Virus record (IMG/VR): IMGVR_UViG_3300025913_000020
From: a virus
Lineage: Duplodnaviria; Heunggongvirae; Uroviricota; Caudoviricetes
Strand: one strand, 5' to 3'
Length of the DNA: 64,000 nucleotides
In this document: piece after piece, positions 34,469 through 42,325 of the stretch
How positions within the stretch are numbered: position 1 is the stretch's first letter
Layout of the letters: each line of letters begins with the position of its first letter
Program-made: the position numbers and the translations under genes
Notes under the pieces: model-generated
What the model saw: only the letters and a program-made list of their open reading frames with translations
Databases searched by the model: none
Told to the model about the DNA's origin: nothing

Positions 34469-35626
34469 TTATTTGAGGACGGGTGCCGGAGTGGTTGCCG
34501 GAGTAACCGCAGGCGTGGTCTTGACGCCGACCATCATCTGTTCGACGGAGTCCATGAAGCTGGACGTGAGCAGGTTCACTTTCATGTCCTGCGGCAGCCA
34601 GCCCTTCACGCCCGAGAACGCGGGTGCGACCTGCTTGGCGATCTCGATGCGGGCGAACACGTCGGCACCGGCCACGGCGTAGGATTCGAGCTTCAGCTTG
34701 TTGGCTTGGGCTTCGGCTTCACCACGGGCGAGAATACCCTTGGATTCGGCGATGTCGGCATCACGTTTGCCTTCGGCTTCCAGCACGCGTTTCTGCTGCT
34801 CGGCTTTGGCGGCGATGATTGCCTTTTCGTTGTCGGCTTCCGCTTTCAAGATGGTGACCTGCTTGTCCCGGTCAGCCCCCACGATCTGGGTGTTGGCGTC
34901 GGCCTGGGCTTTGGCTTTGGCCACCAGCGCTTCTGCTTCAGCGGCCTTCTGCTCCTCCACGGCGCGCAACTGGCGCTGCACCGCGACCTGTTTGCCTTTG
35001 ATTTCCTCGATGTATTTCGGGTCCAGGGCAATGTGCTCGACCACGAAATTTTCCACGATGATGCCGCGCTGAGGCAGCTCCGCGCTGGCCTGGTCCTGGC
35101 CTTTGCCTTGCAGCGCGTTCTGGATGTTCTGCTGGAGCGTCACGAGGCCGGAGCCGGAGTAGGCGTCAAGAGCTTTCATCTTGGTGGCTTCGTCTTTGAC
35201 GACGCGCATCACGACCGGGCGAATCAGCTTTTCCTCAATGTCCGTGCGGACGGTTTTGTGGATGCTGACCAGGTTGGTCGGATTCAGCCGCCAGCGGATG
35301 TTCATCGAGATCGTCATGTCTTGGCCCTCCTGGGACTGCACCAGGTAGGCGTCAGTGGCGCGGCCTTCGCCCTTTTCTTCAGGCGTGGTGTTGTTATTCA
35401 TCACGAAGATGCGCGAGGAGGCGTCGTACGTGATGATCTTCTGGCTCCAGGCAGGGATCAGAACTTGCAGGCCGGGCTGATAGACTTTGTCTTCGACGCC
35501 GTCGTGCCAGGTTTCCTTGATGCCGAGTTCATTGCCTTTGATCATCTTGTAGTTCACGCACTGCAAAAGCAGGAACATTACGATGATGACGGCGATAGCG
35601 CCGCCGATTAGTTTTCGTGGATTCAT
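34469..35626 (-). CDS. SPFH/band-7 (HflK/C-, flotillin-like) membrane protein
   Basis: start MNPRKLIGGAIAVIIVMFLLL (TM helix), SPFH-type core, then long Ala/Glu/Lys-rich coiled coil (EAEALVAKAKAQADA...EAEAQANKLKLE). Confidence 0.75.
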   Translation of the reverse strand: MNPRKLIGGAIAVIIVMFLLLQCVNYKMIKGNELGIKETWHDGVEDKVYQPGLQVLIPAWSQKIITYDASSRIFVMNNNTTPEEKGEGRATDAYLVQSQEGQDMTISMNIRWRLNPTNLVSIHKTVRTDIEEKLIRPVVMRVVKDEATKMKALDAYSGSGLVTLQQNIQNALQGKGQDQASAELPQRGIIVENFVVEHIALDPKYIEEIKGKQVAVQRQLRAVEEQKAAEAEALVAKAKAQADANTQIVGADRDKQVTILKAEADNEKAIIAAKAEQQKRVLEAEGKRDADIAESKGILARGEAEAQANKLKLESYAVAGADVFARIEIAKQVAPAFSGVKGWLPQDMKVNLLTSSFMDSVEQMMVGVKTTPAVTPATTPAPVLK

Positions 35627-35670
35627 ATTGGATTCTTCTGTTTTTGGTTTGGTGGTCCTTCGTCGTGCTG

Positions 35671-35895
35671 TCATAGCCGTTTCCAGAGAACGGAAAGCGT
35701 GGCGTAAATGAGGTAGCCGATGAAAATAAAGGTCACGAAGGGAAGCGCCACCCGCACTTCAGCTTCTCTTTCGATCACCATTACGAGAAACAACGCCACC
35801 CAGATCACGCCAATGATCGCCAGGATTTTAATGTGGCGTTTGAATTTTGGATCGGTTTCCTTGGGAGCGCCGTTTTTAGAGGGTTCTTTGGCCAT
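35671..35895 (-). CDS. small two-TM membrane protein (possible NfeD-like partner of SPFH protein)
   Basis: 74 aa; ILAIIGVIWVALFLVMVI and FVTFIFIGYLIYATLSVL; ATGA-type overlap with SPFH gene. Confidence 0.45.
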   Translation of the reverse strand: MAKEPSKNGAPKETDPKFKRHIKILAIIGVIWVALFLVMVIEREAEVRVALPFVTFIFIGYLIYATLSVLWKRL

Positions 35896-35914
35896 AATGG
35901 TGCAGTGTCAGTTT

Positions 35915-35933
35915 GGTTAATGTAAACAAAAGG
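35915..35933 (-). promoter_or_regulatory. motif GGTTAATGTAAACAAAAGG 26 nt upstream of ATG 35895
   Basis: intergenic. Confidence 0.45.
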
Positions 35934-35982
35934 ACTTTAGCGCGGACAGCGCTGTCGTCAGTTACAATCTGAGAACGATTTT

Positions 35983-36339
35983 CTACCGGCCCGGAATGTT
36001 CGGTCTCTGCTCCGTCAGGTAGCGGGTCATCGCAGGCCGATTCTTCGCGTTGAGAAAGCACATGGCGACCACGGTAATGACGAAAACGATTGCCATCACC
36101 AGGAAGCCAGTTTCGAGGCGAGTCATCTTCTGCTGAAGTACATCGGTTCGAGCACGCTCGTCGTTCAGGCTGGCGCGCAGCGCACCGATGGAACTCGCCA
36201 GGCTGTTGATTTGCAGCGTGCTGGAATTGGTCGTGTAGTCGGTGTTGGTGCTATTGGGCACAACCGGGGGCGTGACGATCTGGGCTTTCAGGTGGAAGGC
36301 CGCGAACAGCAGGAGCAGTGTAATGATAGTGGTTTTCAT
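35983..36339 (-). CDS. signal-peptide plus C-terminal TM protein (118 aa)
   Basis: MKTTIITLLLLFAAFHLKAQ signal; C-terminal LVMAIVFVITVVAMCFL. Confidence 0.45.
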   Translation of the reverse strand: MKTTIITLLLLFAAFHLKAQIVTPPVVPNSTNTDYTTNSSTLQINSLASSIGALRASLNDERARTDVLQQKMTRLETGFLVMAIVFVITVVAMCFLNAKNRPAMTRYLTEQRPNIPGR

Positions 36340-36394
36340 GTGAGATCATGTTTGGGTTTAATGTTACCGCTCGGACTGTGGTAGCAGGCCAGCC

Positions 36395-36416
36395 GGAAAA
36401 TGTAAACAATTTACTG
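36395..36416 (-). promoter_or_regulatory. motif GGAAAATGTAAACAATTTACTG
   Basis: intergenic 36340-36434. Confidence 0.5.
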
Positions 36417-36434
36417 CTTCCCAGTCGAGAAAGC

Positions 36435-36731
36435 TCATATAAATTTCAGCTCGTGCGCGTAGGCCCCGCCGCGATCAACCTTCAATGGAAACTGCGGCTT
36501 CTCAATCAGGGCGTAGTGATTCGCGTGACAGCAAGGTTCGAACGTGGTCGGGCCGCCCTCTGGGGGAGACACGCGCCCCACTCGCTCGCCATTCCAGGTG
36601 TGGACGATGATGTCGAGGGAGACTCCGTGCTCATCGGACCAGACATCTTTGATAATGCCGAGGAGCGGACGCCGAGTGTCCTTTTCTGCGACCCACTTGC
36701 CTTTTTCAAATTTTACAGCACCAGCTTCCAT
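36435..36731 (-). CDS. hypothetical protein (98 aa)
   Basis: complete ORF. Confidence 0.4.
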   Translation of the reverse strand: MEAGAVKFEKGKWVAEKDTRRPLLGIIKDVWSDEHGVSLDIIVHTWNGERVGRVSPPEGGPTTFEPCCHANHYALIEKPQFPLKVDRGGAYAHELKFI

Positions 36732-36958
36732 TTGGCCTTTTCGTGTTTGACCGGCACCAGGTTGTCGAGAATCGCCTGGGTGATCGGCACGTTCTCCCCG
36801 CGATCCTTCGGCTTTTTGGTGCGGTCGGATAGTTCCAGGGAGTGATTTTCACCGTTGATAAAATGTACGATCGTGTAAAGGAATTCCTCGCCGTCGATGA
36901 CAACGAGAACCATGTCCCCCTGGAGCTGGCGCAGTGTGTTTTTGTCCGTGAGTTTCAT
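36713..36958 (-). CDS. hypothetical protein (81 aa)
   Basis: start MKLTDKN. Confidence 0.35.
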   Translation of the reverse strand: MKLTDKNTLRQLQGDMVLVVIDGEEFLYTIVHFINGENHSLELSDRTKKPKDRGENVPITQAILDNLVPVKHEKAKWKLVL

Positions 36959-37290
36959 TAAAACATTGAGACTATTGGGTTGCGCGCCCGTTGCTGCTTC
37001 CACGTGCTCTTTATGTGAGCCATCACCTTATCGAATTGTTCCTCAGTTACGCCGTCTCTAAGCGCTAGGTCCTTCGCCTGCATCATCGACAGCTCCATCA
37101 CGTCCGGTGACAGCGTGTGGTAGAACAGACTGAACAGCATGGCCGACATCACCGTTACGTTTTCTCTTGAGCAGTTCAGCTCGGTCGGGATTTCCGGGCG
37201 AGCAACACCCCGCTCCGAAGGCTGGAGCTGCCCACCACTCGGGGACGGGACGAGCGAGGATGTCGTTGTAGATTCCGCATTTGTTTTCAT
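36958..37290 (-). CDS. hypothetical protein; N-terminus uncertain, overlaps 37058..37420 in another frame
   Basis: C-terminal MELSMMQAKDLALRDGVTEEQFDKVMAHIK looks protein-like. Confidence 0.3.
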   Translation of the reverse strand: MKTNAESTTTSSLVPSPSGGQLQPSERGVARPEIPTELNCSRENVTVMSAMLFSLFYHTLSPDVMELSMMQAKDLALRDGVTEEQFDKVMAHIKSTWKQQRARNPIVSMF

Positions 37291-37420
37291 GAGTCAGATA
37301 TTTGCAGGCTCGATTGGTTGGCGACGTGACTTCGCCGAACGGGCACGGAGCCTGTCGGCAGCAATAACCGGAGTTGATGCACATCCGAGCGCCAGGATGG
37401 AGAGGGAGAGGTTCATTCAT
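37058..37420 (-). CDS. Cys-rich hypothetical protein; C-terminus uncertain
   Basis: CINSGYCCRQAPCPFGEVTSPTNRACKYLTHENKCGIY; overlaps previous ORF. Confidence 0.35.
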   Translation of the reverse strand: MNEPLPLHPGARMCINSGYCCRQAPCPFGEVTSPTNRACKYLTHENKCGIYNDILARPVPEWWAAPAFGAGCCSPGNPDRAELLKRKRNGDVGHAVQSVLPHAVTGRDGAVDDAGEGPSA

Positions 37421-37794
37421 CCTACCAGAACCGCCCAGGCGGTGTGCAATCGTTCTTTCAGCCTTTTGACTGTCAGTTCGAGCCGTTCCAAATTATCAGA
37501 CACGCGAGAAATTTCTTCCACGGCCTGGGCTTCGGTCATCGTGGACTGTTTTCTACCTGCAAGCGGGGTTGCCTTCTGAACGGCCAGGGCGTCCTTGCGG
37601 ATAATCTCCCGGCACTTGCTGCACTCCACGTAGCTGTAATTCAGTCCGCTGCAACAGAATTGATATTCCGCCTTCGGATGGAACTTGGCTCCGCAAATCG
37701 GCTTTTGATCGCAGACCGCGTGAACCTTAGCCGTGGGGTTGTTCTGCCCCGGCATTCCCCACCAGCCCGTTGATGTGACGCGCAGCTTGCTCAT
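37417..37794 (-). CDS. Cys-rich hypothetical protein (125 aa)
   Basis: ATGA overlap. Confidence 0.45.
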   Translation of the reverse strand: MSKLRVTSTGWWGMPGQNNPTAKVHAVCDQKPICGAKFHPKAEYQFCCSGLNYSYVECSKCREIIRKDALAVQKATPLAGRKQSTMTEAQAVEEISRVSDNLERLELTVKRLKERLHTAWAVLVG

Positions 37795-38147
37795 TAAAAT
37801 GCTCGTTTCACTTTCAGTTTATCCTCGCCATCCTGGACGAAGAAGGCCACGTCAGCCGGGATGTCCTCACCGTCCCAGGGCAGGTCGTATTCGGGTTTGA
37901 GTGAGAGCTTGCACTCCGTCCACATGCCCTGTTCGACGATCTGCTTGGCGATCTTCTCAGCCTCGGCCACGGCGTCTTCGCGCTTCTCGAATCCCGTGGT
38001 GTGGTGGCCTTTCGATTTATGGCGCACCGGCTTGCTGTCCGATTCCGGGCCTGGCAGCGGCGACTCGTAATAAATGACTGGATGCCAGCGTTTCAGCTTC
38101 GCGTTGAAGATCATCGCGACAACAGGATTGACAAGAAGTGCGTTCAT
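37794..38147 (-). CDS. hypothetical protein (117 aa)
   Basis: complete ORF. Confidence 0.45.
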   Translation of the reverse strand: MNALLVNPVVAMIFNAKLKRWHPVIYYESPLPGPESDSKPVRHKSKGHHTTGFEKREDAVAEAEKIAKQIVEQGMWTECKLSLKPEYDLPWDGEDIPADVAFFVQDGEDKLKVKRAF

Positions 38148-38190
38148 TGTAATGTGGATGGGTTCCTTGTAATGGTGGTTAGTTAGGTTC

Positions 38191-38221
38191 GGCGGCCCTG
38201 AGTGGGGCCGCCATTTTTATT
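38191..38221 (+). other. GC hairpin GGCGGCCC-tgagtg-GGGCCGCC followed by ATTTTTATT on plus strand
   Basis: between two minus-strand genes; plus-sense terminator-like, minus-sense lacks U-tract. Confidence 0.3.
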
Positions 38222-38447
38222 GCTCTCGCATCAAAGTTTCTACGCGTTCCATGAATTTGGCTTCGTTGGCGGCAGCTTCCATGTGATCACGCCGGGTGAA
38301 AAAATCCATGCCGAAAATCTGGGTCATCGCTGATTTATCCGAACCCTCTCCTTCCAGGGATTCACGTTTGGCTTTCCAGTAGGCGTAGTCCTCGCGGGCC
38401 TTCCTGAGCTGGCGGGCTTTGAGCCATTTGACGAATCTTTCGATCAT
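38217..38447 (-). CDS. hypothetical protein (76 aa)
   Basis: leaderless promoter upstream. Confidence 0.45.
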   Translation of the reverse strand: MIERFVKWLKARQLRKAREDYAYWKAKRESLEGEGSDKSAMTQIFGMDFFTRRDHMEAAANEAKFMERVETLMREQ

Positions 38448-38481
38448 GTGAAAAATGTAAACAATTTATTGTTGGTGTCAA
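38448..38481 (-). promoter_or_regulatory. sigma70-like promoter on minus strand: TTGACA(38481-38476)-16 nt-TACATT(38459-38454)-6 nt-ATG(38447); -10 lies inside palindromic motif
   Basis: hexamers and spacing read directly; predicts leaderless transcript. Confidence 0.55.
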
Positions 38482-38487
38482 TGCCTA

Positions 38488-39273
38488 TCAATCACGTTCA
38501 GCTCTTTCGTGATCATCCATCGCCCGATCCACCACGTAGCCCATCATCTCGTGCTCTTTGTCCATGTCCGCCTGGATGGTGTTGCGCAGGTGCTCGCGAA
38601 ACTCCAGCGGGTTCATCGGGAGTTTGAGCTGCATCACCACGCTGATCGGTAGCAGCCGGGTGATCTCCCGGTGATACGACATCAGATTGCTGTATTTTCG
38701 GTCGAGCCACTTGTCATAATGACGGATCGGCCAGAGTGCTTGCTCAGCTTCACGCCGCGATTTGAAAAAGTCTGCCAGCCAGAAAAGGATGCCATCTGAA
38801 CCTTGCTCCATGTCCCAGTAGTAGAGAATTCCCCACGCGTGCGACCGTGGATTGTACGCCGGTTCGACGAACTCACAGCTTCCCCGGCTGCCATAATCCG
38901 GCTCCTGGCGCGCATACTCCTGGCAGGCGAGGCAGGTCTGGTGATAGCTGCGAGAGCCGAAATAGGCATCCATTTTCCTGATGCCGCAGCACATGCAGAT
39001 GGCATCCAGTTCCAGGGGCTTTTTGGCCGCGTGAAAGAGGGCCAGGCGCAGGCACTGCTGATCCACCCAGTGCTCGTGCTCACGAATGTCAGCTTCCACT
39101 AGCGGCTCGTAAGCCTTCAGCTTTTCCAAGGCACTCGCCTTCGTAATGACGCCCGAAGTCACGTCGCTGCGGATTTTATCCCAGTCGGTGGCGATGGGTT
39201 CGCGGTCAAAAAAGATGTCGGCCCTGATCTTATTCTCATCCAGCAGTTGAATATCAGTAGTCATCTTCGACAC
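38488..39273 (-). CDS. hypothetical Cys-rich protein (261 aa)
   Basis: CMCCG...CLAC cluster. Confidence 0.5.
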   Translation of the reverse strand: MSKMTTDIQLLDENKIRADIFFDREPIATDWDKIRSDVTSGVITKASALEKLKAYEPLVEADIREHEHWVDQQCLRLALFHAAKKPLELDAICMCCGIRKMDAYFGSRSYHQTCLACQEYARQEPDYGSRGSCEFVEPAYNPRSHAWGILYYWDMEQGSDGILFWLADFFKSRREAEQALWPIRHYDKWLDRKYSNLMSYHREITRLLPISVVMQLKLPMNPLEFREHLRNTIQADMDKEHEMMGYVVDRAMDDHERAERD

Positions 39274-41125
39274 CTTTCCATTCGACGAACGTGAAATTTT
39301 TCTTCTCCATGAAAGCCTTCAGCACGGCTTTATAGTTGACCATGAGCGGGACCGCCCACTGGTACTTCGACTTCCAATCCCGGTCGTCCAGAATCTCCTC
39401 CGACAGCGACGGCGGGAGCGGCATTCGCATGAAGTCTGAGTTTTTCAACACGAGCTTGATCGGCTCCTTTCGGCGCTGGCGGCTTCCCCAATCTGCTCCT
39501 GCGGCGCGGCGCTTCATCCAGGGGTAATAATTCACGACCGGCTTGCCGTCCTCGATGCTGAGCACTTCGAAGATGATGGGCTTTGAATCCTTGTAGGTCG
39601 TACCGTTGCTGAAGGACGTAGGACCGGCGACCCATTCGTCCACGTAGGCCACGATCCAGTCTCCCCGGTGCGCTTTGCCATCCATGTAAGGTTCGATCTT
39701 CTTCGAAACGCCGTGCCACGGCAGCGCCTGGCGGTAGTCGTAGATGAGGTTGAAATACTTATCCACGTTCTCCCAGTTGAACAGATCGGTGCCCCTGGGA
39801 ATGTTCAGCAGCTCGGTGTTATCGACGATGCCCTGGAGCAGCACAGCGAAAATCATCTGCTTCTTATTCACTTTGGTCAGATAATCTTGCACGGCCTGCC
39901 TGAGCTGTTTGTCCAGCAATTCCGGGTAGGAGGAACTGTCGAGCCACTTTTCAATAGTGGCGAAGCGCTCATGCACGATCTGGCGCGTGAAGTAAGGCTC
40001 CTCCTCTTTCAGTGGGCCATGCTTCAGTTCACCCATCACGTCGTCCTCGGCTTTGTCGCCGATGGTCTTCTCCCGTTTTTCCTTGATGGCAAAGGAGCTT
40101 TCCCAGACGTGATTCTGGACCACGCGCACGGTACGATCGAACTGTTCCCGATCCGGGAACACCGCGTTTTGGAAGGTAAATTCCACGTCCACGTGGAATA
40201 CGTTCTCGCCGTCGCGCACCCAGATCATGTTCTGCATGTTCAACATGTTGTTGTACAGATTCACGAAGGCGTCGCGCCCGTAGTCCTTGTCCTCTTTGCG
40301 AATGCGCGTCGCCAGGATGCAGCGTTCGAAAGGCAGGAATTTCCAAATCCGGCCTGACTTCACGAGCCACTTCTCCAGGGCCTCCATGTTTTTGAAATCG
40401 AAGTCCTTGAAGTTGGCCAGGAGCGCGATCTCCTCGGACAGGTAAACCCTGTTTTGAAAGACTGCGTACTTGCCGGTGCCTTTGTTGCCCGAACAAATCT
40501 GTGTGCGATGACGCGTGCCGTGAAGGTAAGCGTCCAGGATGCTGAGCTTCTGCTTCATGTCCCGGACTTTTGCGCTGAGGTCCCCGCTCAGGCGCGACAT
40601 CTCCCACTTCCGGCGCATCAGGCCCATCTGTTCGGCCTGGATTTCCATCTGCATGTCATGCCTGCGCGCCTGGAAATCCACCAGGCTCGCGCCCATCGGG
40701 CTGAGCACCACGTCGGTCGTCTCGTTCGTATTGGCCGGGGCTGCGATCTGCTTGTGCTCGGGATGAAGGTACTTGTTGATGTCAGTGACTTTGATCTCCA
40801 GGTGCAGCCCAAAGTCCCGACCGTTTCCATTGTGCAGGCCGCCCTCCGCGTAGTGGCGATTCAGGAGTTTGCGTGTGCGCGCAACGACTTCTGGCTCGTC
40901 GCTCCAGACCTGGATGACTTCGTAAGCTGAGACACCAGGGAGACTGACGGTGTCCAGGAAGAACTTTCTGCCGACCGGCTCAGCCGGAAAGGCCATCGCA
41001 CCGAAAATGATCTTGAGGGCGTCCTCAACATTCTGGGCGGTAGCGTGCCAGTCGCCGTTGCCGTCGCGCTCTTTGTGGGAATTTTCGTACGGATTGACTC
41101 CGATGACGTACAGAAAAGCCTTCAT
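39254..41125 (-). CDS. large hypothetical protein (623 aa)
   Basis: complete ORF; possible degenerate P-loop SGNKGTGKY. Confidence 0.55.
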   Translation of the reverse strand: MKAFLYVIGVNPYENSHKERDGNGDWHATAQNVEDALKIIFGAMAFPAEPVGRKFFLDTVSLPGVSAYEVIQVWSDEPEVVARTRKLLNRHYAEGGLHNGNGRDFGLHLEIKVTDINKYLHPEHKQIAAPANTNETTDVVLSPMGASLVDFQARRHDMQMEIQAEQMGLMRRKWEMSRLSGDLSAKVRDMKQKLSILDAYLHGTRHRTQICSGNKGTGKYAVFQNRVYLSEEIALLANFKDFDFKNMEALEKWLVKSGRIWKFLPFERCILATRIRKEDKDYGRDAFVNLYNNMLNMQNMIWVRDGENVFHVDVEFTFQNAVFPDREQFDRTVRVVQNHVWESSFAIKEKREKTIGDKAEDDVMGELKHGPLKEEEPYFTRQIVHERFATIEKWLDSSSYPELLDKQLRQAVQDYLTKVNKKQMIFAVLLQGIVDNTELLNIPRGTDLFNWENVDKYFNLIYDYRQALPWHGVSKKIEPYMDGKAHRGDWIVAYVDEWVAGPTSFSNGTTYKDSKPIIFEVLSIEDGKPVVNYYPWMKRRAAGADWGSRQRRKEPIKLVLKNSDFMRMPLPPSLSEEILDDRDWKSKYQWAVPLMVNYKAVLKAFMEKKNFTFVEWKGVEDDY

Positions 41126-41553
41126 TCCTTTTCTCCCTTGATCACCGAGTCATTGAATTCGTTCGTCGTCAGCGCACCTTTGGCAAGCTGCACCAGGAGC
41201 GACTTGCCGCGCTCAATGCCTGCTTCGTGCGACAGTTGGATCGCCTCCTGGATGGCCTTAAAGAGATCGTTGAGCGCCTGGCGTTGTTCCGGCGTGGCAA
41301 TGCGGATGGCCGCGTCCAAGCCGCGTGGGTAAAAGGTCCCGTAATCCGGGACGATGGGACTCACGTCACGTTCAGCGTTGGCTGAAAGCGTGCGCTTATC
41401 CACCTGGGGGAACATCAGCTCGATGATGCGGTAGTAGGCCGCCGTCGCTTTCGGGTAAAGCGTGCCGTCGCCAGAGATAAACCTGGGACGGAAGTGCGCC
41501 TGGGCAACCCAGAAGGAGTTTTCAGGAGCTTTTGGTTTGCGACGAGTGCCCAT
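41122..41553 (-). CDS. hypothetical protein (143 aa)
   Basis: ATGA overlap; motif 5 nt upstream. Confidence 0.5.
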   Translation of the reverse strand: MGTRRKPKAPENSFWVAQAHFRPRFISGDGTLYPKATAAYYRIIELMFPQVDKRTLSANAERDVSPIVPDYGTFYPRGLDAAIRIATPEQRQALNDLFKAIQEAIQLSHEAGIERGKSLLVQLAKGALTTNEFNDSVIKGEKE

Positions 41554-41556
41554 AAT

Positions 41557-41577
41557 CGAAAATGTTTACAAATTCTG
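41557..41577 (-). promoter_or_regulatory. motif CGAAAATGTTTACAAATTCTG with TTGATT 17 nt upstream
   Basis: intergenic 41554-41587. Confidence 0.5.
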
Positions 41578-41587
41578 TCAGACTCAA

Positions 41588-42103
41588 TCAATGAAAATAT
41601 CCGATATTAGAAATTCTCCTGCCGCCTTTCGGGGTGCGCCCGAAACGACTGAGGAATTCGAACTTGATGCTGTCTGACTCTGCCCTGTCCATCTCTGGCG
41701 TGGATCGGCTGCCGAGTGCTTCGAACACGGCGCACTGCGCCTGCATGTCTCGCACTTCGTCCCGGCCATCCACCTGAAATTTATCAGAAGGTTTCTGCGC
41801 GTAGCACTTGGGATCAGAGCAACCGGAGCTGAAGAAGTATTCGAAAGCCACGAGGAACGATGTCGCGCTGAGATCAGTCAGGTTCTCGACAAATTCCAGG
41901 AAGCAGGCTGCGTGCTCCGGGCTGTAATCCTTTTTGATGCCGTCATGGATCATCTCCAGGTGGGTTGGACCGAGGTCGCCGCGCTTGGGTCCCCGCCCGG
42001 CGTAATAGCCAGAGCGCGCCAGCAACCGGCCAGAGCACCAGGCGTCAATGGCTTCGTAAAAGCTGGCCGGTGGATTCGTGGGTTTGGGTAGTTCTTTTTT
42101 CAT
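41588..42103 (-). CDS. hypothetical protein (171 aa)
   Basis: complete ORF; small hairpin TTTCGGG-gtgcg-CCCGAAA in 3-prime end. Confidence 0.45.
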   Translation of the reverse strand: MKKELPKPTNPPASFYEAIDAWCSGRLLARSGYYAGRGPKRGDLGPTHLEMIHDGIKKDYSPEHAACFLEFVENLTDLSATSFLVAFEYFFSSGCSDPKCYAQKPSDKFQVDGRDEVRDMQAQCAVFEALGSRSTPEMDRAESDSIKFEFLSRFGRTPKGGRRISNIGYFH

Positions 42104-42324
42104 TATGGGTATTGGGTGAGGGAGTCCCAGGTCGGCAGGTTATACTGCGCGTCCGCGCTGAGACGTTTGTTTTCTTCTTTCCGCCACGCGATTTCATGGT
42201 AGTAGCACGCGTGACAAATAATCAGATTGCCGTGGTGCGGATTCTTGCCGAGGGGCAGAACTCGCACTTCGCCGGTCGCGCTTTGGCAATGAGACCCGTC
42301 GCAGTTGGGATTCAGGTTTGCCAT
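42103..42324 (-). CDS. small Cys/His-rich protein
   Basis: start MANLNPNCDGSHCQ...ICHACYYHE. Confidence 0.35.
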   Translation of the reverse strand: MANLNPNCDGSHCQSATGEVRVLPLGKNPHHGNLIICHACYYHEIAWRKEENKRLSADAQYNLPTWDSLTQYP

Positions 42325-42325
42325 A

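Noticed and set aside
34706-35611. 301-aa plus-strand ORF antisense to the SPFH gene
   Set aside because: It has low-complexity Gly/Phe/Asp composition opposite a gene with a clear domain architecture.
35936-35982. Small hairpin AGCGC-ggaca-GCGCT after the stop of 35983..36339, as a terminator
   Set aside because: It has a 5-bp stem only and the U-tract is separated by 7 nt on the minus transcript, which is too weak to call.
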